Assembly (NCBI RefSeq): GCF_009914755.1
Contig: NC_060931.1
Direction: 5' to 3' (one strand)
Length of the DNA: 64,000 nt
Source of the DNA: the human T2T-CHM13v2.0 reference genome, Homo sapiens
Shown: positions 1-20,287 of the stretch, piece by piece
How positions within the stretch are numbered: position 1 is the stretch's first letter
Layout of the letters: each line of letters begins with the position of its first letter
Notes under the pieces: generated by a model
The model's input: the letters and a program-made list of their open reading frames with translations, nothing else
What the model was told of the DNA's origin: nothing
Databases searched by the model: none
Made by a program: the position numbers and the translations under genes

Positions 1-45
1 TGCACTCCAGTCTGGGTGAGAGAGTGAGACCTTGTCTCTTAAAAA
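1..45 (+). mobile_element. Alu 3' end (cut by window edge)
   Basis: TGCACTCCAGTCTGGGTGA...GAGACCTTGTCTC followed by an A run. Confidence 0.85.
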
Positions 46-705
46 TATGTCTCTCTGTATGTAAAATGTTTAAGACGCAAGAATCTTTCGAATAGAAAAA
101 GTGATAATTCAGATTTATGAAGCTTCTCTTTTCCTCAGGGATGATAATAAAGTTAAGGAGGTAAGAAATACCTGTGCTTGATCAGAGGTATGGTTCTTAT
201 AGTAGGTTTATTATTCGTGCAGACCACATGTACTTAGAGGCTTCGTAGAGCACAACACTAAGAATTAAAACTCACATTTTTGCTTGGGTACTCCCCGCCC
301 CCACCAATTAGTTGTACCACTCTGGGCAAACATCATAATTGTAGTTCCATTCCTTTTTTTCATTTGCAAAATAGTGATATTAGTTCCTACCTTCTTTACC
401 TCATAGAGTCTCAAAGATTAGGTAAGTTAATATGTATGAAAAGGCTTTGAATAATGTAAAGAAAACTGTATGCAGGAGGTGGTAACTTGGTGACATCTCT
501 ACGTAGTGACACCCACTAGAAGAATGTGAAGTAGTAAAGTGGGGGAATGAGATATTTTAGGTATGGATATTAGCTTGAGTTATATGTCAGAGGTAAACGA
601 GAAATTTGTATAAGAGGAATTTCAGAAAGCTTTGGTAAAGTGCAAGCAAGGGTGAGGTGAGGTGTATGGAGAGAGGTGTATTAACAGGTGGAAAAGAAGT
701 GGTGT

Positions 706-1050
<345 letters not shown>

Positions 1051-2097
1051 TCAGTATAGTAAGAACTAAATGTCTGCTGTCTGATTAACCCTTGTTAGGT
1101 TCTGAAGATACTAACTAAACCTGTCTTAAAATGATGCTTGTGTTCAGGAGAAAGATTTACATACATGAAACCATTATATGGCAGCTGCAACTACATATGA
1201 GAGTTTATACGTAAGTACTGGGTTTTGAGGCATGGAAAACAAGTGTGAGAGCTCAGAAGTCAGTGAGGTTAGTGGGGAGTAAACAAGAAAGGCTTTTTCT
1301 GGTGGAGATAGGACTTGAAATAGGCCTTAAAGATTGGTTTGGAAAGTGGACATTTGAGACTTTGGGGGTGACAGGTGAAGAGTGAGGATGGCTTGAGTCA
1401 AGCTGCTAAACTTGGAATGAGCTTGATGGGGACCAAAGATTGGAAAAGCACAAAGCTATCATGTGGAAGCTTTTAACTAACACAGGGAATGATGGGTTCT
1501 CTTCTGTGTGCTTCCTAGAGGCTTAGTGGTCTCACAGAGTAGCTCAGGGTTTGCCAACCAAACAGCCTTCCACTCCTGCATCAGCCACACAAGTGTGTTT
1601 TTTGAACCATTTCCTAACATTTTGTTTCAAGAAGAGATTGTGCCAAAATAATAATAATAAATAAATTTGAAAAACTTGAATCTAGTGGATTGGAGATATT
1701 GAGTAAAAATATTTGCAATGCAAATGATACTTATGAGAGTGTTTCTTTGTAGATAAAAGTGTAGAAAAGTTAGAAAGCAGGAGCTCAGATAAAAGGATGT
1801 TGTTGCAGTAATTTAGTTATGAATTCACAGTGGTCCCTAGAAAGGCTGTGGTAGTGAAGTAAATGGTTACTAAATATAAAAAACAGCTTGTTGAACTTTT
1901 CTAGGACCTACACTGGTGACGTGAAAGACATGGTAAGGGATTAGGTAAAAACATCAGGTTGGTTTGTTCTTTTCCCCTGCTCTGTATCAAGCATGGTAAT
2001 AGGCATTGAGAAACTAAAGATGAAGTGAGACATGTTTTCTGCCCTCATAGGATATATTATCTGTTGTGGGAGACACACTGTACTTCTCTGCTTCTAG

Positions 2098-2515
<418 letters not shown>

Positions 2516-2788
2516 TAATCAAAGGCATGTCATAGTTTAATTAGCAGAACTTTTTTCTTTCTTATGATCATTTGCATCTTAGACTCAATAGTACATGATA
2601 GATATCATCTAATATCTATATATGTCATACATATAGCTAATTAAATTACTTTGTGGTGTTTGGTTTATACAAGCTGTGAATGAAGTGTTAATAGAATCCC
2701 AGAAGAAGGAAGAACTAGTTCTGCTTGTAGGGTTCTGGGAATGTTTTCATGGAAAGGGTGATAACTGGAGCTGAGACTCAAAGGATGA

Positions 2789-3181
<393 letters not shown>

Positions 3182-6123
3182 TAGTATTTTGTAAACATTA
3201 CAAAATTGAGAATTAGCTCAAGGAGTGTTCATATAAAAGTTGAATTGTGAGCCTCATGTGAGTAGAGTCTGTGTTATATATGTAAGTATGTGTATTAATT
3301 TATAATTCTATTTTTTCTCACACCTTGATGAGCATTGCTTAGTATCTGTCATTCTGATACTGAACCAGAAGAAAGGACACAGGTGGAGAACTTTGATTTC
3401 ATAGGAGAATGGGATGGACAGATCCTTGGAATAGACTCAAGATATATATTAAAGGAGTGAGAGAGTTTACGATCGTAAAAGGAAAAGTGATGAGTAAACG
3501 GAAATAAAGGGAATTTAAATCTGATTGCTTCATATGTTTTGGTAGACAGTTGAAGGTAAGAATCTTACCAGTTAGGGGATACTTTGAGAAGAAATTGAAG
3601 GTATGTAAAATTTCCAGGTTGATTCTGTCCCTCTGATATTATTATGTAGATGCCTTTTAATGTGGCCAGTCAGAAGGGGTTTAGTACAGTTCTGTAATAA
3701 TGAGTCAAGTCACCATAGCTTTTTGTTCACAGAAGCGGAGCTGCTTTTGCACAGGCGTATAGGAACGAGATAGTGATCTGTGCTTTGGTAAGTGGGTATC
3801 TGTGCCTGGTGTGGGGCTGGGAAAGGGGTGGAAAATCCTTGCTCTGGTCTAGTTGGGGATATCTATGCCAGGGAGTTGAAGGAGAAGAGAGAAGAGGAAG
3901 AGACTAGGTGAATATGATGACAAGTACTAACGGGATTTATATAAGAGAAAGAAATACTTAAAAGTGGTTTGTGAATTCTGCAGGTTTTTCCAAATATTTA
4001 AATCTACATATGAACCAGGTTGAGACAAATCTTTGACAGATGTCATAAATACTACAAACTATAACATGCTTGTTGAAGCAAACTTTATTATTTCTGATTT
4101 TGTTAGTATAGGTTTTTAAAGTTAAAGCGTATTTTTATTTTCAGAATTTCTCTCACCTGTTGTTGTTATTGGTAGGTTGTCACTGCCTTTACTGATTTTA
4201 ATTATAGGGCAAGTAAATGGTTTTAATATCCCCTTGTTAGACTTTCATCTATTACCTGTACTCCCTACTGGCAGACTGCATCCATGAATTCAGTCAGCAA
4301 GTAAATACTCAGCATCTGTATTGTGCGGCTTGATATGTTCCTTAGATGATTGAATAACATGGGACTGAACTCCTGCTTCCATAATATTCCAGTGGGGAGA
4401 GAAATTATGCAGTTTTCTTTAATGAATGAAACAAGAAGTAAAAGGGTACTTCTTTGAACCTTATGTTTGTTTTATATTTTGGCTGACATTTACTGCACGT
4501 TTATAGTATACCAGATAATGCATGCAGCACTTGATCTATTAACTTATTTAATCTTCAGAATACACTGTAAGGTAAGTATTGCTGACATCTCTCCTTTCAG
4601 GTATAAAAACTGAGGCCTATAGAGGTTAAATAATTTGCTCATGGCCACATAGTGAATGATGGAACCAGAGTCTAAACGTACTTGTACTATTACCACTTAC
4701 TGCCCTGAATTGTGTACTCTCTGTATACTGTAGTGTTTGTTTTCTGTGATCATTTATGGACTCAGTTTATTGTTTGTCTCTTATATGCCACTGTTTAAGC
4801 ACTTTATGTGTATTAACTGTTTATTTTTCACAATCCTATGAAGAAGGTGGTGGTGGTGACCTCAAATTATAGAACAGGAAACCAAGGCTATCAGAGGTTA
4901 ATTTACTTGGCCAAGATCATATAGCCAGTAAGTTAGGGTGCTAGTAAGTAAAAATTCTTTATAAAACAAGTCCGGGTGAATAGGACTGTAATCTCCCTTT
5001 ACAGCTAACCACTACTACTTTAAGTATTTTATTGTAATTACTGTAATATGCTCAATAAGAAACAGATTCCTAGATCTTTAGCTGAGTGCTCCACTCCTTG
5101 TGTTCTTTTGGGGGTTTGAGGTACATATGCCACAAAGGGAATTAGAAAGAAAGTTTTTATTACTTTGATGGACTGTGTTGATTGGGAATTTGAGGCTAGT
5201 AATAACATCTCCCTGACTAAATATTTGTGTATCACAAACTAATTTTGAATAAATGAAAAAACACAGATTCTAAGAATATAAGCGCAATAAGAGTATGTAT
5301 TCTTTTTTCCCTTTCTTTTATTTTTTGAAGAAAAGGGCCCAAAAGAGGGAGTCTTGTATTTTGTTTTCATTAATAGTTGTAAAACCCCAAAAAGAATATA
5401 CCTTGTAAGGCTTAAATTTCATGACTTGCTTCTTGATGAGGATGTGAGATGTCATTAGATAGGAATTTATGCCCATTTTCTGAAGGAAATAACATTAAGA
5501 AAACCCAGAGACCCTAAGAATTAGTATATGTGTAGAATTTATGTTCTTTAGCTAATCCTGCATGTAATTTTTATGTAGCATTAGCTTAGTTGACAGGGTT
5601 GGTCCTGCAACTTTATTGTTTTCTGCTGGATAAATAATATTTAGTATCTGCCATTGTATACATCGCATATTGTTCTAGGTGCTGGGGAAACAAAACAGAC
5701 ATGTTCTTTATTCATGGAGACTATACTTTGTTCTGGGTGAGTTTTGTTTTATCTTGATCTTAGATTATTGCTGTTTTTAGTAGATGAGAAAATCAAGGCT
5801 TAGAAAGTTTAAATAATTTGCCTAAGGTTACAGAATTGATACATGGCGGGTGTTGAGAAAAGAACCCAGAGTTTGTGTGGCTTCAAAATTTTTTCTGCTG
5901 TTTCATCACAAATCCTTGAGGCCAAGGAAATCATGGTTTCCCTGAAAAGTTTTAAAAGGATTTTCTCTCTTTTTTTAGTAACAAGCTACCAAAGAGAATT
6001 GAAGACCAATTTACATTTTGCAAGAGTTTGATACATCAGAGTGCATTCACAATATACGAAAATAGAATAGTTAATTTAGTCCGTATTTCCAAAACATATG
6101 ATCGAGTTCATTTTGTGTATCTT

Positions 6124-6125
6124 AT

Positions 6126-6173
<48 letters not shown>

Positions 6174-6222
6174 ACGCATATGTAGGTAGATATATATGTG
6201 TGTGTGTGTGTGTGGTGTGTGC
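6124..6222. repeat. (TG)n microsatellite cluster
   Basis: Two TG tracts with a short TA/CA-rich spacer. Confidence 0.93.
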
Positions 6223-6733
6223 ATACTTAGTGTATATGTTTACTCATTATAAACACATTCAGGGAAAACTTAAAGGGATTATATTCTATACCTATTCATC
6301 ACCTTCCTTGTTCTCCCGCACCTTCACTATAATTAAGGATACCAGCTCATATGGGGATATTTCTAAAAATTAGCCCACCTCTTCATACTCCTATCCTTAC
6401 CCTAAGCCACAAAGAAAACGTGATTGTTGAAATCAAAGTACTTAGACAGTTTTCAGCACTTTAAAAATGATTCTTTGGCAGCTGTCTGAACTGGTAGTGG
6501 TAACTATGTATAATTTTCAAACTGGAAAGCAAACATGTTTCATTCCATAAGTGGTTTGTGATGAGCAGAGTGTAACTATGACATATTTAAAAAAAAAAAG
6601 AGCTCTGTGCTAGGTAGCAGTTTGTCTCTGCCATTAAACAATTTTGTAACCTTTGGGAATGGAGGTCTTGGTTTTTTTCTTTTGTACAGTGAATGTATGT
6701 GTGTGTAGTGTGTTTCGTAAAATGAAATACTTG

Positions 6734-6793
6734 AGGTACTTTCATTTAGTGTTAGGATTCTATAGGTACTTTCATTTAGTGTTAGAATTCTAT
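6734..6793. repeat. 30-bp tandem duplication
   Basis: AGGTACTTTCATTTAGTGTTAG(G/A)ATTCTAT twice, one mismatch. Confidence 0.92.
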
Positions 6794-7793
6794 AAAGCAC
6801 AAATATGTAGGTACTAAATCAGCTTAATTTTATTTCACTGAGCCAGTGGGAAAGCTCAGGAAAAATACTGTTTACTAATATTGCTAGTTTTAAAATCAAA
6901 TTGATTTCTTTTTAAACTGTGAATGGAGCATGTTCATATACGGGTTTGTTTGTTTTGACAAATTCTTTTTTTTTTTTCTTTCCCCAAGCCTGGGTTCCAA
7001 AAAATGTTTTGACAGATTCTTGAAGCCAAATCTAATATTGACTCTAACGCTATTCTCCATTAAAGAAGTTTAGTCTCTAGGTTTAAGTCATTTTTAGGAT
7101 TCACAGAATGTTTTAGAATATGGTTCATTCACTAGCGCCCTTGTGACTAGCCACATGTCCAGCCTTCAGCAACAGCAAAGATGGGGGCCAGGTCCCTAAA
7201 CCCTTGGGCATGTAGATTGCCATCTGGGACCTCATCTGACTATTCAGAATGCCCTTGCCAGCGGATACAGACCTTGAAGATGCCTAGTTAGAAACCAGCT
7301 GCCCTTTAAAGCCATAGTGTGTGATTGCTTAGGCCTGAGATTCTCTAGCTTACAAGCAGTATAACCCTGTAATATAGAGCTCTTCTGTTCAATATTACCT
7401 CCTAACCTTTCCAAAACCCAATACTTTATACCAAAGATTTTACCATAGTCCTTGCTGCCTTCTTGCCATCTCACTTTGGGTAACCATCCTAACCTACCTA
7501 ACCATTTTATTACCTTAGCACCTTATGACTTGGACTTCTGGTTAGTGTGCCCCAGGGACAGTAGTTGTAAAATCTAGAAATTTAGTAGAAGAGTTAGATG
7601 GATCTTTGTATTTCAGTTTCAAAGGAGACAACTTTCTAATATTCTAGAAGGTGAAGAATATCATAACTGATTTATAGTCCAAGAGGTCTCATTAGAACAG
7701 TGGAAACTATTTGCTGGAGCTGTTGAATTTTCTGTTAGAGTATTAAGGCAGGGAGAATACCATTTTCAGCCTCACAACTACTGGCATGCATAG

Positions 7794-8125
<332 letters not shown>

Positions 8126-9040
8126 TGGAAGAAAGTACTTCTTTACATAATAGGATTGCATTAAAGTCAAAGGATGCATTTACAGAATGACCCCCCGTGA
8201 AGAATTTTTTGAATTAAATAACAATAAAATACAGGAATTTAAAATATAATATTTGCTTGGATTTCATTTTGTAGGTTAATCTAAATTTTTTGAACCACTT
8301 TAACAAATATTTAGTTACCCATGATTACTGAGAAATAAAAGAGCTGTTTTGGAAGTAATGTCTTAGAAAGTTTAGTTGAGGTCTAGCTCACTACTATTGT
8401 ACAGAAATTTTTTAAAAAAGAAAATTGTGCTTTCTAGTACCACTGGCAAGTACTCTTAGTAAAGAATTTGTGTTTCATTAATTATTAAGAATCCTACTGT
8501 TTTTTAATGTAATATTAGGCCATTCTTATTAAAGATCATTGAGCAGTCAATCCTCAGTGGTTAGGAATAGCTATTTGTTTCTACATGATAATTATATAGA
8601 TTTAACTTAAAATGAAGGTGACATTGTGGTGCTGGTGAAAATAGAAATGGACAAGAATGAGACGTGGGTTCAATTCCCTGTTCTTTTAGTTACTGTCTGT
8701 GATGTGGGAATCTCCTTTAGCTTTCACAAGCCTCAGTAATAAACACCTATAAAATGAAGATAGCCTGCCTACTAGACAGGATTTTTCTGAGGATTAAATG
8801 GAGTAATATGTGTGACAATGTATTGTAAATGCCAGAGTACTGATAGGTGTAAAGTATTATTACATCGTTTTGTTTACCTTTACTCTTTTCTTCTAAATTA
8901 TTATGTGTGTATGTTTAACATTTTACAGTCTTATTTTCTATTACATTGTCGTTTTTACATCTGTAACATATAACAATGCTGGTATATAGTGCATGTTCAG
9001 TAAATAGCCAATGGAAATGAGACTCCTCTATTACTTGGCT

Positions 9041-9540
9041 TGATTGAGTATATTAACCCTTTTATTTTATGTATTATGCTTTGACATCTGAGGTCTGCTG
9101 ACTTTGGAAGGACTACCTCTTCCGGGGTTAACCATTTCCTAAAGACAATTCTCCTGCAAATGCTTTTTTCAAAACACACACCAACCAATCCAGAGCCTGC
9201 ATCCTAACCACCTCCTATATTAGGTTCTCATACTTTAGACCACCTGCTCTAATCACCCCCCAGGGCGAGGTACCAAACAACTAGGGACAGCCCCTGTGCC
9301 CCACGGTCTTCTAAAGTTATTCAAACTAGCCAACCCTAAGCCTGTTTACCCTGCTTTGCCTGTTCCTTGTGGTGGAAACCACAATAAAGGATCTCGCCAA
9401 CAGTTTCTACTCCTGCTTTTGTCTCCTAACTGACCCGTATGCTCCACATCCTATGGCAGGTTGTGCCGCCTCCTCTTGGGAACTGTAACAAACTTATCTT
9501 TTCAGTGGCAATCAATTTTCTATTAATACACTATCTTTTA
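9041..9540 (+). mobile_element. Old solo LTR, family not assigned
   Basis: About 500 bp with CCAATC, the LTR-like motif ACAACTAGGGACAGCCCC and polyA signal CAATAAAGG near 9382. Confidence 0.65.
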
Positions 9541-10903
9541 AAACTTTGGGCTACTGATTTTTTTTCAATCCTTGTGGCAAAGAATCTTATTATTAAGAAA
9601 GTATTAAATACTGTTAGATTTAAAGCTTTTTTTGGAAGTAACTTGAAGAGATTCAGAATGGTACTGAAATACATATGCGTGTATAGGTAAATATGTACAT
9701 ATGTTTAAGTATACGTGTGTGTATATATACATGCATATGTATAATGTATGTGTATAAAAAAACTTTAAACTTGATTTGGAAGATGACAAATTCTCATCTA
9801 TAAGCTCCCTTTACAGATCATCTTTGGTTCTGCTCTCTTTGTTTATAAATGGAAAAACTAAGGCCCAGTGTGAATATATGGTTTACCCAAATCACACCTT
9901 TAGTTATTGGCAAACCAGGATAACCTAGGTCTGATTCCTTCAGGCTTAAGTAGACATTCAAATGTAAGCATTTTTTATTGGGAAAAAAATTATAGGCAAG
10001 TCTTTTCTTCTTGCCTTTCTCAAGGGAATAAGGTATTAATTTTGTTTTCTCCTATCCCAAGTGGCAGTGGTTCGGTTGCTAGGTAATTGTTCCAATTGAT
10101 ACAGTTTCTCCATCTAGCAAAACTAAAATTTAAAATTTAATATAGTTATTTATATTTTATTTTATAAAACTATTTTTAATAATAGATCCCAGAGACTTAT
10201 TTTATGTCCCACATCTACCCATTTGTATCTCAACTTGTTTTTATGTTTTTTTCTTACTTTGTTTTATTTGGCTTTTGCTGTTAGATTTGTAAGCTTGGAA
10301 ACTTGCAGCAGCCTTTAAGCCAGGTACTTCATTGTAAAGATTTTCCAGGATTTCTGTTTTTATGGTAAATTTGACTGGGTCAAATAGTCATATTGTGAAC
10401 AGAGCCAACATGAGAAATTGCTGACTAGGGATATCAATAATTTATAGTGAAACAAAAATGATTTAGGAAATTTGGTGGATTTTTTAAAGTGATTTTTGTT
10501 TTTTTAATTTTAGGGGGCTTTTTTGGTGGGCATAGTAATATTGAGGTAAATATACATGCTTTGGGGTGCAATAGGTTTCTGTTATATTCTCTTTCATTGG
10601 GCCTTCATATAAGTATTGGATCCAGTTTGGTGTTCCACATTTTAAGGAAGAGGGAGATGAAGCCTGAGAAGTGGCTTAAAAATGGTCCTCCATACAGCCA
10701 CTTGTGATAGTTCTCCATTTCCTCAGAAGATTGAACAAATTGTGATATAATTATGGTGGAAGAAGAAATTTAGGTTAAGGAAATACATTCTTAATAATGC
10801 AAGTGCTTAAACAGGATATAACTTAGTAAGGAAGTTAACTCTCTGCCCAGGAAAATCTTTCATATACTACATACTAGCTTGTTACTAGAATTGCATGTCA
10901 TTT

Positions 10904-11580
10904 TGTTAGTGGTCGTGAATCCATACAGGTCTGCAGCAACCTCAGTTCTTGCCTCCTCAGAAGAAAGAATTTAACCAAGGGGCATAAGGCAGAGGGAGAG
11001 ACTAAGGCACGTTTTAGAGCAGGAGTGAAAGTTTATTAAAAAGTTTTAGGGCAGGAATGAAAGGAAGTAAAGTACATGGAAATGGGCCAAGCGGGCGACA
11101 TGAGAGTCAAGTGTGTGGTTTGACCTTTGACTTGGGGTCTTATATGTTGGTGTGTTTCTGAGGTTGTGTTACTTCTTGCATGATTCTTCCCTTGGGTTGG
11201 GCTGTCCAGATGTGCAGTGGCCTGCCAGCACTTGGGAGGGGCTGCACGTGCAGTGTGTTTGTTGAAGTTTTATGCATGCTCTCTTGAGCTGTTTTTTCCC
11301 TTACCAGTCTAGTGCTCATATATCAGTTAAACTCTGCCGTTTGCCTCTTAGTGTGTATGCTTGAGCTCACTCGTCCAACTCCTGAGATCTTATCAGGAAG
11401 CTGCTGATTGCCAGCTTCAGGTGTTTCTAGCTACTGAGAGACTGCCTTTCCCTGTTGCTGGCTGTGACCAATTACTATATTAGAGCGACAGTTTAACAAC
11501 TGCCTGACCACCTGATATTCTTGGTTGCGGGGTTAGGGGGTGCTTTCTGTCCTGCTCACATCTGACTACCTACTGTAACA
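10904..11580 (-). mobile_element. MER50-type LTR (3' LTR of an ERV1/MER4-group provirus)
   Basis: TG...CA termini; minus strand starts TGTTACAGTAGGTAGTCAG; minus-strand AATAAA at 11032-11037; polypurine tract abuts at 11581-11596. Confidence 0.85.
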
Positions 11581-17230
<5,650 letters not shown>

Positions 17231-18286
17231 ATGTATCTGCTCCCCAGGGAGCCTATAACTTCCTAAATAAAATAAGATTTTTTTATATATTGAGTAAAGC
17301 ATTTAGCAACTTTATTTTATAATATAACCTTTTATCATAGGAGAATGATAAAGAATAATCTGGTCCCTGCCAGATTTCCTTTTTCTTGCCAACTCTTATA
17401 CTTGGTCTAGCATGAGGCCCTGAGATGCTCTTATTGCCCCAACTTTCAGCTTTTGTAATGGAAAACATACATAGTTATTTAGCTAAGTAATGGTTCGTTA
17501 TACTACCTCTGACACTTCAATAGTGCTATCATCTTCGCTTCCTCCAGTGTATAGATTGTGCCTTGCATGTGGTTGGTGCTTAATGAATACTTTACTGAGT
17601 AGATGAAGCTCTGTTGAAAAAAAACTTGCTTTGTATTTAATTATTTGGTTCCATTTTTTATACATTTATAGTTTTTACTATATCTAGAAATAAGAACAAT
17701 TGCATGTTCCTTTCCTTTTCAGAATCATCTAGAGTAAGCAGGCCAAGAGTGTTTTTGATAATTAACAGACCATTGTCTGCTAAGATGATGAAGCACATTG
17801 AGTTTTTCAAAGAAACCAACAACATAGCAATATAAAATAATAATTAAATCCCCCAGTGTGACAAAGGGGTAAGCGGTATGACCATGACCCACTGTTATTT
17901 TTTTTTCAATAGGGGTGTGTGTGTGTGTATGCATGTGTGTGTTTGTGTTTAGGAGTTGGGGTCTTGCTCTGTTGGCCAAGACGGGAGTGCAGTCGCACAT
18001 ATGTAGAAATAATCTTGAACTATCTTAGCTATGAGCAATTAATGTAATGAAATACAATTAATGTATTTCTAAAATGTACTAATTTTAGAAATAGTAACAT
18101 AGGTATTGTAAATTCATGGTCTTTTGGGGGTTTATTGTGATGAAATTAAAAGGCTAAATTACTCTTAAGAGTTTTTATAACTTTCGAAGAAGAAATGTTG
18201 GGGTCATGTATTAAAAGGATTTGGCTTTGATTATAGCTTTACAGTGAAGTTCATTTCTTGTCTGACCACGTCTTTAAATTATTTAA

Positions 18287-18641
<355 letters not shown>

Positions 18642-19258
18642 TGAGTTTTTAAAAATCATACTGTGAATTCATCACATAAGTGAATGAAACCTTTTCTTTG
18701 CCTGTGTTCTCATCTCTTCTCCCTTCACCACAGAAATGCCAAAAGTCATTTGTGTCCAAGAAAATTAATATAATAATTTTTTTAAATCCTCCTTTTCCCC
18801 AAATAAGTGCTCATACTCTTTTCACCTTAATTGGAGGTGAAAAGCTGAATTCCCTACTACTGAAGATAGATCTGGATTGCTTGGTAGAATATGCAAGATG
18901 GTTCTTAGGTGGCACCCCCTTCCCGCTCCCCTCCCCCCACACACGATATTAGAGAAAAATCTGTGGCCAGTTCATTTACACTTGAATGTAGAAATCTAGT
19001 ATTTCCTGATTGCTCAATTTGCTGTTTAGAGATGCAGCTTAAAATAGCCATCTATGGAGTTAGACTGATCCATGACAGCTTAACAGTGTTGGACCAACCT
19101 CTCTTGGCCCTAAACTATGCAGCTATTTTAAGCTATGACCCTAACAACTGACAGGGCATACTGTACCCTCTTAGCACTGAGCATTAGTTCTGTATTTCCA
19201 GAGCTAGACTGATTTAAACTTCTATAGAATTAAAGCTATCATTGTAATGTTTTGGGAA

Positions 19259-19553
<295 letters not shown>

Positions 19554-20287
19554 TTTTGGAAATTCTTATACCCACCCACACAAGCTGCCAGCTTGCCATG
19601 GTATATCAGATTTCATTAAAATAAATACTATGGCAGAGGGGAAAGATACTAACCATAAACTCTTTGTGTTTTACCCAGGTAATATATTTTGAGCATTACT
19701 TCTTTGGATGAACTGCCTGTAAAACAGAAAAGTCCCAAGAATCGTTTGATGATCACTGTAATAAGATTATACTGTTTTTAGATGGTTAGTACACTAATAC
19801 CTGATTCTGTGATTGCCTTTGCTCATATTTTCTGCTCTCATGGAAGATTGCTTTTTACCGTTATTTCCTGTTTTATCCATTTAATTGTTAGTGGTCCTGT
19901 TTACTAACTTTGTCCTCTTACCACTTCTCAACTGCATATCCATTTCTTTGGGACTTATTCCTTAAATTCCTACTAAGTCTAAGCACAAGGCTAAGTTCTG
20001 AGAGCATAAAGGTAGAAGCCTTTGCCTTCCAAAAGGTTATGTTCCAGTTGAGGAGACAGAATATTCATTAAAATAAAAGGTAATGCATAGAAGTAATACA
20101 AGTGGCATATGCTAAAAGAGAGATGAATGGTAAAAGATGGTAATACTAAAATTAAGAGCAGGATGAATCTTCTGAGAGCCAGGGCAGAAATAAAAGACTC
20201 CATGAAACCTGGTAGGCTTGAACTAATTCTTTGAGAAAAGGAGAGCCCTAACAGGAATAAAGAAGGAAGGCATTGTACAAAAGATAG

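Noticed and set aside
4550-4605. Perfect donor AAG|GTAAGT at 4571/4572 with nearby acceptor-like sites
   Set aside because: It lies in MIR-like sequence, the implied exon is only 13 nt and the pyrimidine tract is poor; probably a decoy.
9665-9756. Alternating purine-pyrimidine tract as Z-DNA
   Set aside because: It is an AT-rich, interrupted low-complexity repeat and a weak Z-former.
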